64,000 nucleotides of DNA from Priapulus caudatus. Taxonomy: Eukaryota. This document shows, one piece after another, positions 1-37,510 of this stretch (positions are counted from its first letter, which is position 1; each line of letters starts with the position of its first letter). The DNA lies in NCBI RefSeq assembly GCF_000485595.1, contig NW_014577089.1, forward strand, positions 509,386 through 573,385, given 5' to 3'. The position numbers and the translations under genes are program-made. The notes under the pieces were generated by a model. That model saw only the letters and a list, made by a program, of their open reading frames with translations. It had not been told where the DNA came from and searched no databases.

Positions 1-310
1 CATTCTGTAGTAGAATGTACAACGGTCGTGTTACTTCCTTGAATCATCTTGTTAACCTTTTTCCACATATCGCCTTTTGAGAGCTTCACCTCCTCGCTGA
101 TGTTATCAATCCACATTTGTTTGGACTCTTTGTATGCTTCCATGAAAGCTGCAACTGCCGCTTTCGTCCGTCTCCAGTTTTTGGGATCGCTTCTTTTCCT
201 GTAAATCCTCCTTGCAGTTTTGCATTCAGTCAACAGTATTTTCACCTTTTCGGTGATAAAGGGTTTAGAGTGTAGACAGATCGTCTTCCTCTTGATATTG
301 TCCTCCAGTA
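1..310 (-). mobile_element. Non-LTR retrotransposon (LINE) ORF2 fragment, linker between endonuclease and RT
   Basis: Minus-strand frame is open to the window edge: LLEDNIKRKTICLHSKPFITEKVKILLTECKTARRIYRKRSDPKNW...KQMWIDNISEEVKLSKGDMWKKVNKMIQG. The KP(W/F)-T, ARR-Y and W...WKK pattern resembles the EN-RT linker of I/Jockey-group LINEs (family resemblance, not searched). Confidence 0.65.
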
Positions 311-312
311 GT

Positions 313-366
313 CAGAAGTAGATAATAGGGGTTAGAGTATAGGGGGGGGGGGGTTCCCCACTTCTG
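313..366. mobile_element. Degenerate member of the CAGRAGTAGATAATAGGG hairpin family
   Basis: Intact left arm cagaagtagataataggg, G-rich filler, partial right arm ccc.cacttctg; no matching TSD. Confidence 0.5.
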
Positions 367-3300
367 ATACTAGGTATTACTATTACTTTAGGTAAAGTCC
401 TGGTACTATCACTACATCAAAACATACCGCGTGTAGACCTGAAAAGGTACCACATATAGTGAGCAGTGCTTGAACAAGAATAAGTAGTGACATCATAGAT
501 ATAGCATACAGCAGATCTCTATTCTATGGACCTTTCATACACACATTCTACAAAAGATTCTACCGCCATGCTGTGTTTACATTTCTTGCTATAAACTTGA
601 GGGCGCTGTCGTCGCTTGCTCTGGTGTCATTTTCCAAGTACAGGGCGAATCAGCGTCCTAGCCTAACTAGTAGTATTTTTATGGGATGAACATACAGCAA
701 TATTTGTCAGTTTAGTAAGTATTAGTATTACTGTACCTGTTAACTTAGTGTTAGACAAGTACTGGTAGTGGTAGTGCTACTACTAGTAATAGTAGATCAA
801 TTATTGATTATAAATATAAGTGCAATGGTACTGGTATCAGAAGTGATGATGTCTGATGATCTTGTAACCCGACCAGGCTGTGTGACTAACGTCAATACAC
901 CCATACATATTCATATTGTATACGTATTCTAACCCTAGCAATACCGTTTCTTGGAGCTAATGATCTTGTATCTTGACACTCTTGTATCTTGGCTCCCAGT
1001 CTCTTGTATTTCACAAGGCACTCGATACATCGAAGTGCGGGGATTATCTAGAGAAAAATTTGTAATGATGATGATGATGTACGATATTATTTAACAATTT
1101 GACCGTAACCGGGAACGGCAGTAACGACATGAACCCTATTATTAGTATTAGTATTAATAATAATAGATTAATACACATCATCATCCCATGCAATTAAGCT
1201 AACACTGTCACTGTGGCCAGGGGCGTAGCTAGGGTGAAATGGGGGGGGGGGCCTACGCACACAGGCGGGGTGTCTGGGTCTGGGTCCTCCCTTAGCCCGA
1301 CCAGGCTGTGCGTCCGATTGTCTTCTAACCCTAGCAAGACCGTTTCTCGGAGCATTTTGAAAATGTAGATCGCAGGAGATGGTATTTGAGGCACTTTTGA
1401 GTAAATGTACAGCCTTCATTCTTATTACGACAATTATCTTTTTAGTAGAACTATTCTCTTTCATATATATATCGTTATATATCGTTTATAAGTATAACTA
1501 ATCATGTAATTTTCGTTTTATGATCAAGACATGTTGAACTAACGCACATTCTTTCTTTCACTCGCTCCCTCTCTGTGTGCAATCGTTCGTGCATTCGTGC
1601 GTGCGTGCGAGCGAGCGTATGCGGGTGCGTGCGTGCGAGCGAGCGTATGCGGGTGCGTGTGGACACGTGTGTGTGCTCAAACACACACATCACTCATTGC
1701 ACATCACAGCGTTGTGATATGTGCAATGAGCACATATATATATATATACACATAGAGGGCATGATATGTGCACATTGTCATATATTCAATGTGTAGGGGT
1801 GACCACCGCTGGGATGAGGGCGACAGCAAAACTCTTTCTTGGAATTGTGAAAAAGCTGCACAAGGGTTGTAACCTGCTTTGCCACTCAATTATACCTATG
1901 CAGATGACGTTTTGTACAGCCGCCCGACCCGTGGCGTCGCAGGATTTCGAAAGGGAGGTGTTAGGAGCTACGCGAAGGGTGGGTCTGGGGGGCTCTCCCA
2001 AATTTTTTTGACATTAGCACCAGAAGATCGTTTCTGCATTGCGGCATGGGTTGACCTGACCCCCCCTGTACACGTCCTGGAACTGTAGACTCTGGATTCC
2101 GTGTGCGCTATCTGCCATGGACGTGGGTCCAGGGTAGAGTCATGATCATCAGGCTGCCCCGGCGTACGCAAAATATTTTGCGTAAATTGTGTGGACGCAC
2201 GACGTTGCTTAGTTGCGATTTATCAACGCAGTTATTTAGTAGAATTTCGCGTACAATTTCGCTACGCAAGCGGGCCGTGTTGTGCATTATCAAGTATAAA
2301 TTTACTGTAAACTTGCGCGTAGGGGTTGGTATGTGTAGCAGAGAGAGAGAGAGAGGTGCTGTGGGTTGTGGGTGCGTGCGCTGTGCGTGTGGTCTGTGTG
2401 TGGCGTGCAGTGCGTGCGTGCGGCGTGTGTGTGTTGAGGAGAGCAGGGGGACATGTGCTGTTTGTGTTGTTGTATGTGACAGAGAGAGAGAGAGATGATG
2501 GAGAGAGAGAGAGGGATGACGCGGCGAGCTGAGAGAGAGAAGAATGAGAGAGAGAATAGAGAGAGCGAGAGAAAGAGGTGTGCTGTGGGCTTGCGCGCGT
2601 TGTGGGGTGCGAGAGGAGAGATGAAGCTGTGCGGTGATTGTGCTGCGATGCTGTGCTTGGCACTATGTGTGGTGCGTTGGGTGCGTTGCGTGGTGCGTGC
2701 GTGCGTGTGACGTGCGTGGTGGGCGTGCCGTCGCAGAGAGGTGGCTGTTTGTGCTGCAGTGTGTTTTTTAGTAATCAACTTACTTATATCCATACTGTCA
2801 CTTAAGACAGTCCGACAACGTTGCATAAGGCTACTAGCTTTATAAAAGCTGCGTTGATAGCTAGAGTAGATGCTATAAATCGTGTGAATTTCTGATCTCA
2901 CTGATGTAAACACTCAAGTCTATGACTAATATGTGTTGGAGTGCAATCCAATTCTGTCCTCTCATTTAGTTACAATCACGTTCGCGGGCATGCAGCTAAT
3001 CGATTTTGTGTTTCTATCTCATTTCATTTGTTGCCACTCTTACTGCGTATAGGCTCCTTGTTATTACGCTCGTGATGTGCGGTGTTTTACAAATACTAAC
3101 TTAAGATAAACAGGATAATAGGGCCTTCTGTTCTCTCTCCTCTCTTTTCCCTCTTCTCTCTCTTCCTCTCTCACAACCTCTTCCCTCTTCCTTTTTCTCT
3201 CCCTCTTTTCTTTTTTCCTTTTTTTAAAGTTTGTTTGGACAGAGCAAGGGGGTGTTTAACACCACACCCCCCCCCCTGGTACGCCAGGCGCAGACTATTT

Positions 3301-4246
3301 ACAAATATTTGTTAGTCCACAGAGGAGGGTAAGCTAGCAACCCATCCACCCCCCTAAATTCCGCACTATTGTTATAACAATTAGACTAACTGACTGACTT
3401 TCTCTCTCTCTCTCTCCCCCCTCTCTCTCTCTCTGCAATAAAAAAAAAAGTTTGGTGAAATGATGTGTACGCAACTGCGTATCTGCGTTATGGTAGCTAC
3501 GCCCCTGGTGGCCAGAGATCAGAAAGCTGCTGTATCAGGGTGGTACGCCGTACGGCTACACTAAGAATGGCAACATGGATGATGGGGTGGGTCTCTATTC
3601 AATTTCTAACTTCTGAGCTCACAAAACGGCGAAACAATCACAACCTTATAGAGACCGTGCTGTAGTATTAGCTTTAAAACTCAAGATTAACATTAAAAAA
3701 TAATAGCATTGCTATTGTCAACTTGCTCATCGTATTTCTGTCTTCTGGTAGCCCTAGCCACAGCTGTCTTCTTGCTTCTCATTACGTGTAACAGTCGTAG
3801 AACCTGGTCGAGCTACTGTACTGGTAGCCACTGCATACACCCAAGACATCTTTTAATGCTAGTAAATGCCTATTACTGATGCAGTACATCACCCAGAATA
3901 ATCACTGAACCAATGGGGTTGAAATAGTAGAAGGCTTCGATCATAAGGAGTCTAAAGAAAAATATCTTTACTGAGCAGTTTCTAAATGCTGTCACCCACC
4001 AGCAAACATTGCCTAATCCTGCTATGAAGAGTTGGGTTATGCTCCTGGATAAAGAAGATGATACTGACATGAGTACAAAGGCAAAAAATTATACATTATA
4101 GCGAATTCGACTAATGTGATTGGCATTCATTTAGCATGAAAGTAATATTTTTTTAAGTTTAAACAACTAGATCTGAGCAATGTTTACCATCTGAGATATG
4201 TGTTAATTGTTTTTCAGAAGTTTACCGATAGGTTAACATTGCAACA

Positions 4247-28758
<24,512 letters not shown>

Positions 28759-28820
28759 TCGCCACGGTACCGTCTTGCGGAGCAGCAGCCAGGAAGCTGA
28801 GGTCAGTCGACGGACGGATC

Positions 28821-28826
28821 AATAAA
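28821..28826 (+). promoter_or_regulatory. Candidate polyadenylation signal (another at 29541-29546)
   Basis: AATAAA downstream of the DCTN1 stop codon; usage unverified. Confidence 0.35.
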
Positions 28827-29362
28827 CTCACCCCTTGCTATCGGCAATTGAAACTACAGTCAGAAATGTGTTAACGAACACCCTTGTAGGACGGCTTGTC
28901 TATTAGTAACACCTTTGAAGGTTTGCCTCGATTGAGTCTTATATACAGGCATGACTGTACCCGTTCTTCTACACTGTTGTGATACATGATGTGGCCTGAT
29001 GTAGCAGTATGTACATCAATGGTGCATGGCGATGGTGTGGCCAATCGAGTTTCGTCACTACGAATTTTGTTGAGTGCGTGATATTATGCAAGCCAACCTT
29101 TGAAATAATGGTACAGAGAATTCGCGTTACAATCTAGATGCAACACTGAGTTGCATTAGTACAAACAGTTATTTTATTGTAGGTGCTGTGTTATTGTAGA
29201 ATTGATGCCCCTTTTGTGTTCTGGCTAGTGTACATGTGTGCTAAAAATTGTTAATCCGACTAGAAAAAGCAATCGTTAAGGAAAACGTGCATAGCAACGT
29301 ATTCATTCTATTTGAGGGGGCATTACATCATAGCCTGCACCTTATTCGTTACATGGTAATAT

Positions 29363-29410
29363 CAGGAGTGGATAATAGAGATTAGAGGAGATCTCTATTA
29401 TTCACTCCTG
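29363..29410. mobile_element. 48-bp hairpin element with 7-bp TSD (P-superfamily-like)
   Basis: gtaatat|caggagtggataatagagat...atctctattattcactcctg|gtaatat. Confidence 0.85.
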
Positions 29411-31004
29411 GTAATATCCTGTCACGCTGCAGTCACAGTAGTAGCAACGTGGTAAATCATTTAAAATCTAGTCCTTCATTAAGAGAAGTTTCGCACGTAT
29501 TTGCACACATTTAGTTGTTACCAGATTAAATAGCCTATTTAATAAAATACGAAACGAAGTGTGATGCAGTCCAAATATCATTTATGTGGTTGAGAATAGC
29601 GTATATATGAACTGTGGATGCTGTTGCATCGATCCATCATTGGAAATTACTCAAATTGCTTCCATTTAAATTTCCTTGGAGTGATAAGTGATCTGAAAAC
29701 ATGGTATATAATCGTTCTCAATATCTATCTATCCTCAGCTTCCATGTCTAGATAAAACTTTCATTGTGTATGTGGTTAGTGAGATCAGCAATGATCCAGT
29801 GCTCTATGCTACAGTTTTGCTATTTATTCACTTGCATTGTCTTTCTAATGGTTGTATAACCGCTGATGTACCTTATATAAATTAAGTTGGCACGGTTAGC
29901 ATTTCTGTATCGCAACAAAGGTTAACATATCGTATTCGCACTGCTGGGTGTGTATCTAACCGCTCCAGTAGCACTGATCTTTCTAGGCTGCACCGCTACC
30001 TGCATGCTTGGCGACAGAATAATGTGGGTTGCTGCTACGGAGCAGTGCAGGCTTTTGTACGCACTATGAAAAGCCTCGTTCTTTGCGAAGATGGTCACGT
30101 TGTTTAGGATGGTGAAGGCCTTCATATTTAATGTGGGAAACAACGAAGCTGCTAGTATTTATTGCGCATTGAGACACAGTGATTATAAGCCCCTGATGTT
30201 AATATCTGCTGGTATGAATGCGCATCCAGGAGGTGAAGACCTACGTAATGGAAAAATCAATGAAGTAGTTGGGAGGCAACGGTCATCCGAGGAATTCGAT
30301 GAATGTCTTTTGAGTTTTATGAACACGCATGCATAGAAGGTCTGCCTTCAATGTCATGGCATATACTGGTATAAGGTTATAGTTATATAGTTTATATAGT
30401 TGTAATTGTCATCTCGAAAAAACTATACCGTTAGAATATGATTTTTATCAAATAATCATTAAATTATTATTAAACTTTACGCGCACAATGTGCCTAAATC
30501 GCGAGTGAACTTTCTCGTTCTTAGAAATGTGGTTTGCATCTATTATTAGTTAGCAAATTTTTTTAGGTTATGAGGCAAATTCATATGGTATGTATAAGGG
30601 TTATTGTTTCATATGAGCTGCATTATGTAACCAGCCTTTGTTTGCTTACAATATTGTATTGCGATATATATATATTATATATAATATATATGGTATATGA
30701 AAAGCCAAACCATAGCCTAATTTTATTCGGTTTAAAACGTAGATATTGTGCAGCTTTGTGATTATAGTGCCGTACAGTTAATTATCTCCAAGCTTGTAAA
30801 AAATTACTAGAGGATTTAAACTCGTAGAATCTCTCTACGAGCGGGAGAAAGTGATTGCAAAATCGTGACACTCACAAAAACAGCATTTTAGACATATTGT
30901 CCCTGAGTGCAATTAAGTGAATGTACAGCAGTATCAGCAACAGAAACATCAAAAGCAACCGCGTCAGCAGTAACATAGCGCGAACCGCGTCGCATCAGCA
31001 GCAG

Positions 31005-31073
31005 TAGCAGTAGTAGTAGTAGTAGTAGTAGTAGTAGCCGCAGTAGTAGTAGTAGTAGTAGTAGTAGTAGTTA

Positions 31074-31107
<34 letters not shown>

Positions 31108-31314
31108 TAGTAGTAGTAGTAGTAGTAGTAGTAGTTAGCTACGTCAGTAGTAGATAGTTTACGTAGTAGTAGATAGTAGTAGTAGTAGTAGATAGTAGTA
31201 GAGTAGTATTTAGTTAGTAGTAAGTTTAGTAGTAGTCAGTAGATGAGTAGTAAGTAGTAGCTAGTCAGTAGTGGTAGTAGTAGTAGTAGTAGTAGTAGTG
31301 TTATAGTTAGTAGC

Positions 31315-31369
<55 letters not shown>

Positions 31370-31585
31370 TAGTGAGTAGTAGATAGTAGTAGTAGGTAGT
31401 AGTAGTAGTAGGTAGTATAGTAGTAGTAGTTAGTAGTATAGTAGTGTTAGTAGTAGTAGTAGTAGTAGTAGTTATAGTAGTAGTATAGTAGTAGTAGTAG
31501 TAGTAGTAGTGAGAGTAGTAGTAGTAGTAGTATGTAGGTAGTAGTAGTAGTAAGTAGTAGTAGTAGTGAGTAGTAGTAGTATAGT

Positions 31586-31630
<45 letters not shown>

Positions 31631-31658
31631 TAGTAGTAGTGAGTAGTAGTAGTATAGA

Positions 31659-31718
<60 letters not shown>

Positions 31719-31795
31719 ATAGTATTGTATAGTAGTAGTAGTAGTCGTAGTTAGTAGTAGTAGAGTAGTAGTAGTAGTAGTAGTAGTAGAAAATC

Positions 31796-31859
<64 letters not shown>

Positions 31860-32870
31860 AGTAGTAGTAGTAGTAGTAGTCGTAGATAGTCGTAGTAGTA
31901 GTATGTAGTAGTAGTAGTATTAGTAGTTAGTAGTAGATAGTGAGTAGTTAGTAGTAGTGAGTAGTAGTTAGTAGTAGTAGTAGTAGTAGTAGTGAGTTTT
32001 AGTAGTAGAGTAGTAGTAGTAGTAGTAAGTAGTAGGTAGTAGTAGTAGTATAGTAGTAGTTAGTAGTAGTAGTAGTGTAGAGTAGTTTAGTGTAGTAGTA
32101 GTACTAGTAGTAGTTAGTGAGTAGTAGTAGTAGTGTAGTAGTAGTAGTTAGTAGTAGTCGTAGTAGTAGTAACTAGTAGTTAGATAGTAAGTCTAGTAGT
32201 AGTATTATATGAGTAGTAGGTAGTAGTAGTAGTAGAGTAGTAGATATTAGTAGTAGTAGTAGTAGTAGCTAGTCGATAGATAGTAGGTAGTAAGTAGTAG
32301 TAGTAAGTAGTGTAGTAGTATAGTACGTAGTTGGTAGGTAGTAGTAGAGTAGTAGTAGTAGTGTATAGTATCAGGTAGTAGTATAGCTAGTAGTAGAGTT
32401 AGTACGTAGTAGTAGTAGCTAGTAGTAGTAGTAGTAGAGTAGTATGTAGTGAGTCAGTAGTAGTGAGTGAGTAGTAGTAGTAGTTAGTAGTAGTAGTGAG
32501 TATGAGTAGTAGTAGTAGTAGCGTTAAGGGAAGTAAATTAGTAGTAGTCTAGTAGTAGTAGTAGTGTTGTAGTGTAGTAGTAGTATAGTAGTTATATTAG
32601 TAGTCAGTATAGTAGTAGTAGTAGTCAGTAGTAGTAGTATAGTAGTAGTAGGATGTAGTAGTAGTAGAGTATAGTAGAGTAGCTATAGTAGTAGAGTAGG
32701 TGAGTAGTAGTGTAGTAGTAGTAGTTAGTAGAGTAGTAGTATAGTAGTAGTAGAGTAGTTAGTAGTAGTAGTATATTAGTAGTAGATAGTATAGTCAGTA
32801 GTAGTAGTATAGTAGTGTAGTAGTAGTAGTAGTAGTAGGTAGTATAGTGTAGTAGTAGTAGTAGTAGTAT

Positions 32871-32903
<33 letters not shown>

Positions 32904-34196
32904 CTTGTAAGTAAGTATGGAAGTATTAGTAGGTAGTATTATAGTAGTAGTATGAAGTAGTCAGTAGTAGTAAGTAGTAGTAGTAGTAAGTAGTAGTAGT
33001 AGTAGATAGTAGTAGTATATAGTAGTAGTAGTAGTGTATTGTAGTAGTAGAGTAGTAGTAAGTAGTAGTGTAGTAGTATAGTAGTAGTTAGTAGTTAGTA
33101 GTAGTGTAGTAGTAGTAGTAGTAGTATCAAGTAGTAGTAGTAGTAGTTTAGTTAGACCTCTCTAGTTATATTAGTAGTAGTAGTAGTTAGTAGTTCAGTG
33201 TAGTAGTAGTAGTAGTAAGTATAGTAGTAGTAGTAGTGTAGTAGTCAGTGAGTAGTAGTAGTTAGTAGTAGTAGTAGTAGTAGAGTGAGTAGTAGTATGT
33301 AGGTATGAGTAGTAGTATGTAGTAGTAGTAGTAGTTAGTAGTAGTTCGGTAGCTAGTTAGTATGTAGTAGTAGTCTAGTAGTAGTAGTAGTAGTGTAGTA
33401 GAGTAGTAGTAGTTAGTAAGTATAGTAGTAGTAGTAGTAGTAGTTAGTAGTCAGTAAGTGAGTAGTAGTAGTAAGTAGTAGTAGTAGTAGTAGTAGTAGT
33501 TAGGTAGTAGTATGTAGTAGTAGTAGTAGTGTAGTGTAGTATAGTAGTAGATAGTAGTAGTAGTAGTAGTAGTAGAGTAGTAGTAGTTAGTCTTAGTTAG
33601 TAGCAGCAGCAGCAGTAGCACAAAACAAAACAACACAACAAAGAGTACAGTAGCCGGCATCGTAGTCAGTAGAGCAGCAGCAGAGCAAACACCACCACCA
33701 ACAACACACAACAGTAGTAAGCAGCAGCAGGCAGTAGTAGTAGTAGTTAGTAGTATAGTAGTCTTATAGTAGTACAGCAGCAGGCAAGTAGCAAAACAAA
33801 ACAACAAAACAAAACAACAAAGTAGCAGTAGCAGCGGACATCTGGTAGAGTAGCAGCAGCAGCAGCAGCAGCACACCACACCAACAACTAACAACAGTAG
33901 TAGCAGCAGCAGCCAAGTAGTATAGTAGTAGTAGTAGTAGTAGCAGCAGCCAGCAGCAGCAGCAGTCAGCAAGCAGCAGGCAACAAACAAAACAACAACA
34001 GCTAGCAGCAGTAGCAGTAGCAGCACATCAGTGCTAGTATAGCAGTAGTAGTATCGTAGTCAGTACCGTGATCGTTAGTGGCTGGTGTGTGTGGTTCGGG
34101 GGTTGCTGTGGTGGTGGTGGTGGTTGGTGGTCGGTGGTGGTGTGGTGGTGGTGGTGGCGCGCGGCGCGGCGGCGGCGGCGGCGGCGCGGCGGCAAC

Positions 34197-34229
<33 letters not shown>

Positions 34230-34340
34230 GTAGCATGCGCAGCAGCCAGTCAGCCAGTAGTAGTAGGAGAGCAGCAGCACACACAAAGTAGCAGTTAGAC
34301 GCAAGCAGCAGTCAGAAGAGTAGCAGCAGTAGCAGCAATA
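31005..34340. repeat. About 2.6-kb (TAG)n microsatellite grading into (CAG)/(CAA)/(TGG)/(CGG) tracts
   Basis: Seen directly; many single-base indels. Confidence 0.97.
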
Positions 34341-36289
34341 CTCGTCGTCAGATGAATCCGCGCGCCATGCTAGCAATTATATTTTATAATTATAAATATA
34401 ATTATAATTATAATCATTATATATACGTTATAATAAGATCTTAGCAGCACACTAAAGCACTCAAGACTTTATAGTTTCATAATCTATATAGTTTCCATTG
34501 CCGAAATTTCGTGTAAGTATATTGCAGCGCGTAGATAGATTTATTTTAGGGGCGGGGGGGCAATGAGTACGTGAAGTGTGCGAATGACAGGGGCTAAATT
34601 CGTTACCCGGGGAATTGGGGGGGGCATGACGCGATTAGCCATCACATACTAGCATCGAGCACAAGCCGCACAATAATTTACCGCACAACGCGCAGCGATC
34701 GCCGCACGGTATCGAACATACATACCACACACGTCACGCACCAGCACATGCACGCACTGACACACACACACACACACATAACACAACGAACAAAACAACA
34801 AACACCACCACACAAACACACGTACATACATACTATATGTAGTACCATACGTGCACGCTACATGCCAAATTTTACAAACGTACGTTTGGCACGTGCCGGT
34901 GGCATGCAGTGCTATGGGGGGTACTGGCGGCATGCTCCACCAGATAAATTTTGAAATATTTAAAGCATTTTCTGCAATCTGAGGGCATACTGTGGCCATA
35001 CGATGAACTATACTCACCCTAGACTCAAGTCTACAGCATTAGATTTGCAAAAACACTTTTTTCATTTACTTTCATGATAGCCGTACACAGTTAGGTTATT
35101 ATAGTAATAATATTGTATTAAAAACAGGTAAGAATTAGGCAATTTTCACAATATTCACGTGTTTTTGTATGTTGCAACATACTCTTTTGGCTATATGTGC
35201 AGCCTGGAACATTTATCTTGAAGAGTTTCTTTGCATCTGTCTGACCGCCTCAAAGCCAACATTGTGTTCAATTAAATAATTCGCGGTAAACTCAACTTCG
35301 CGTCAAGACGACAATTCCTATCTGCTGCAAAAAGCTTAGATATATGTGCGTTATATGATGGATCGAATTCCAACTGCACCGACATAGCACTTTTTGCAGA
35401 CATATGCCTCTGCAGTCACCTCTTCTCCGTGCCCCACTTGAAAAGTCTGTCTGCGATACCATGCTAATAGCCATGTTAGACGTGTATAGCTGTATTACAG
35501 TTATACATACATTTAAAAAACTCTTCTCATGACATTACGCTGAATGAAACAATGCACATTCTTCTTTTTTTCTCTTTACTTCCTTCTTTTTTTTTTTCTA
35601 TTTTTTTGAATTTCGGTCGCGGTATATTTTGTACAGCGCACATCACCCCTCCTTCAAGACGGGCGGGATGCATCCCCATCCCGCCGGAATTTACGGCCCT
35701 GTGTCGCTGAATCTAGGGTGCCGGGTTCATAATTCTTGAGTTTATTAAATATTAGGAGAAAAGAAGACGATTCTGTTGTACGTTTCGACTCTTAATCCTA
35801 GAATTTCAAAAATAATATTGGATTTATTGTTAAACAAGATTTGATGTTTTTTAGATATCTTTAGAAGAAGAGGCACGATATGCATTGTGGTAAATATATT
35901 GACGTTTTAAATTCAACTAATCACCAAACAATCAGCATTCTCATCTGCATAATTTCCGATAATTGTCTAGCAGAGACGCCTGGTGACAGGTTCAGACACA
36001 CAATAAGAATACACAAAGTTAGCACTTAGAGAACCCTAACCCGCTGATACACAAATATTCCGTACCGTACAAGCCGATAGTCATCATTATTGTGTTGTAG
36101 AGTAGCATGATATGTTATGCGAACTGCGCTATGAAGTGCGCAACTGCGTCGGGGGCTAAAGCTCATTCACAAAGATATTTTTTAACATAATATTAAAGAT
36201 ATCTGTTGTTTCTTTATATAATCTTTTAACAACGTCATATGTCATTGTTCTTTGTATGGCTCGCTTTTCTTTCCGAACGTCTCTCTTAC

Positions 36290-36487
36290 TTTTTCTCTTC
36301 TCTCTCTCTTTTTTGGCCGGCGTTCCCTTCTTGCCTCTCTGCGCTCTCGTCGTTCTCGTTTCTCTTTCAGCTCTCTTCTGATTCTCTTCGCTCTCTCTCA
36401 TCTCTCTCTCGCTCTCTTTCGCTCTTCCTCTCGCCTCTCTCTCTTTCTCTCCCTCTCTCTTGCTCTCTCTCTTCTCTCTCTCTCTTT

Positions 36488-36526
<39 letters not shown>

Positions 36527-36629
36527 CTGCTCGCTCGCGCTCTCTGTACTCTCGGGATCTCTGTCTCTCTCGCTCTCTCTTTCTGGTTCGCGCGTCTTCT
36601 TCTCTCCTCTCTCTCCTCTCTCTCTTCTT

Positions 36630-36664
<35 letters not shown>

Positions 36665-36678
36665 CTCTTTCGCTCTTC

Positions 36679-36731
<53 letters not shown>

Positions 36732-36869
36732 CTCCCCTGTCTCACGTTCTTTTTTTCTCTTTTTTTCTCTCTGTCCCTCTTTCTCGCTCCGCGCGCGCTC
36801 TCTCTCCCTCTATCTCTCTCTCGGCGCCTCTCTGTCTCGTCTCTCGCCTCTCTCTCTCCTCTCTCTCTG

Positions 36870-36900
<31 letters not shown>

Positions 36901-36986
36901 CTCTCTCCTCTCTCTATCTATTTCCTCTCGCCTCACTCGCCTCGCTCTTGTCTCTCTCTCCCCTCTCATCTCGTCTCTCACTCTAC

Positions 36987-37039
<53 letters not shown>

Positions 37040-37357
37040 ATTCTCTCTCTACTCGTTCTCTCTCTCTCTCTCCTCTCTCGCTCTCTCTCTCTCTCTCTCA
37101 CCTTCTCTCTCTCTCTCTCTCGTTCTTTCTCCCGCCGATATCGCCTCTCTCTCGCTTTCTCTCTCTCTATCTCTATCTTTCTCTTTTCTCTTTCTTTGTC
37201 TTTCCATCTGTCTATCTCTCTCTCTCTCCTCTCTCTCTCTGGCTGGTCTGATACCTGGTGTCTCTTCTCTCTCTATCTCGCTCCTCCTCTCTCTCTCTCT
37301 CTCTCTCTTCTACTCTCTCTCTCTCTCTCATCGCTCTCTCTATCTCTATCTCTCTCT

Positions 37358-37395
<38 letters not shown>

Positions 37396-37472
37396 CCACT
37401 TCCCCCTCTCTCTCTCTTCGCTGATCTCACTCTCAATTACCTTTCTTATCAATCTCTTACGCTGGGGGTCTC

Positions 37473-37508
<36 letters not shown>

Positions 37509-37510
37509 TT
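36290..37510. repeat. About 1.2-kb (CT)n microsatellite
   Basis: Seen directly. Confidence 0.97.

Noticed and set aside
620..720. Possible non-coding first exon of DCTN1 ending at gtaagt (about 714)
   Set aside because: An upstream UTR exon is likely, but nothing in the sequence singles out this position.
2103..2913. Several ORFs of 68-203 aa on both strands
   Set aside because: Translations of (GA)n/(GT)n/(GC)-rich simple repeats; no splice-consistent homology.
3498..3516. CTCF-like motif cgcccctggtggcca upstream of DCTN1
   Set aside because: One G short of the core spacing and common in repeat elements; unsupported without ChIP data.
35775..35815. Minus-strand hammerhead-like relic (ttgaaa...gagtcgaaacgta)
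   Set aside because: Core and helix II are incomplete; cannot be folded into a hammerhead.
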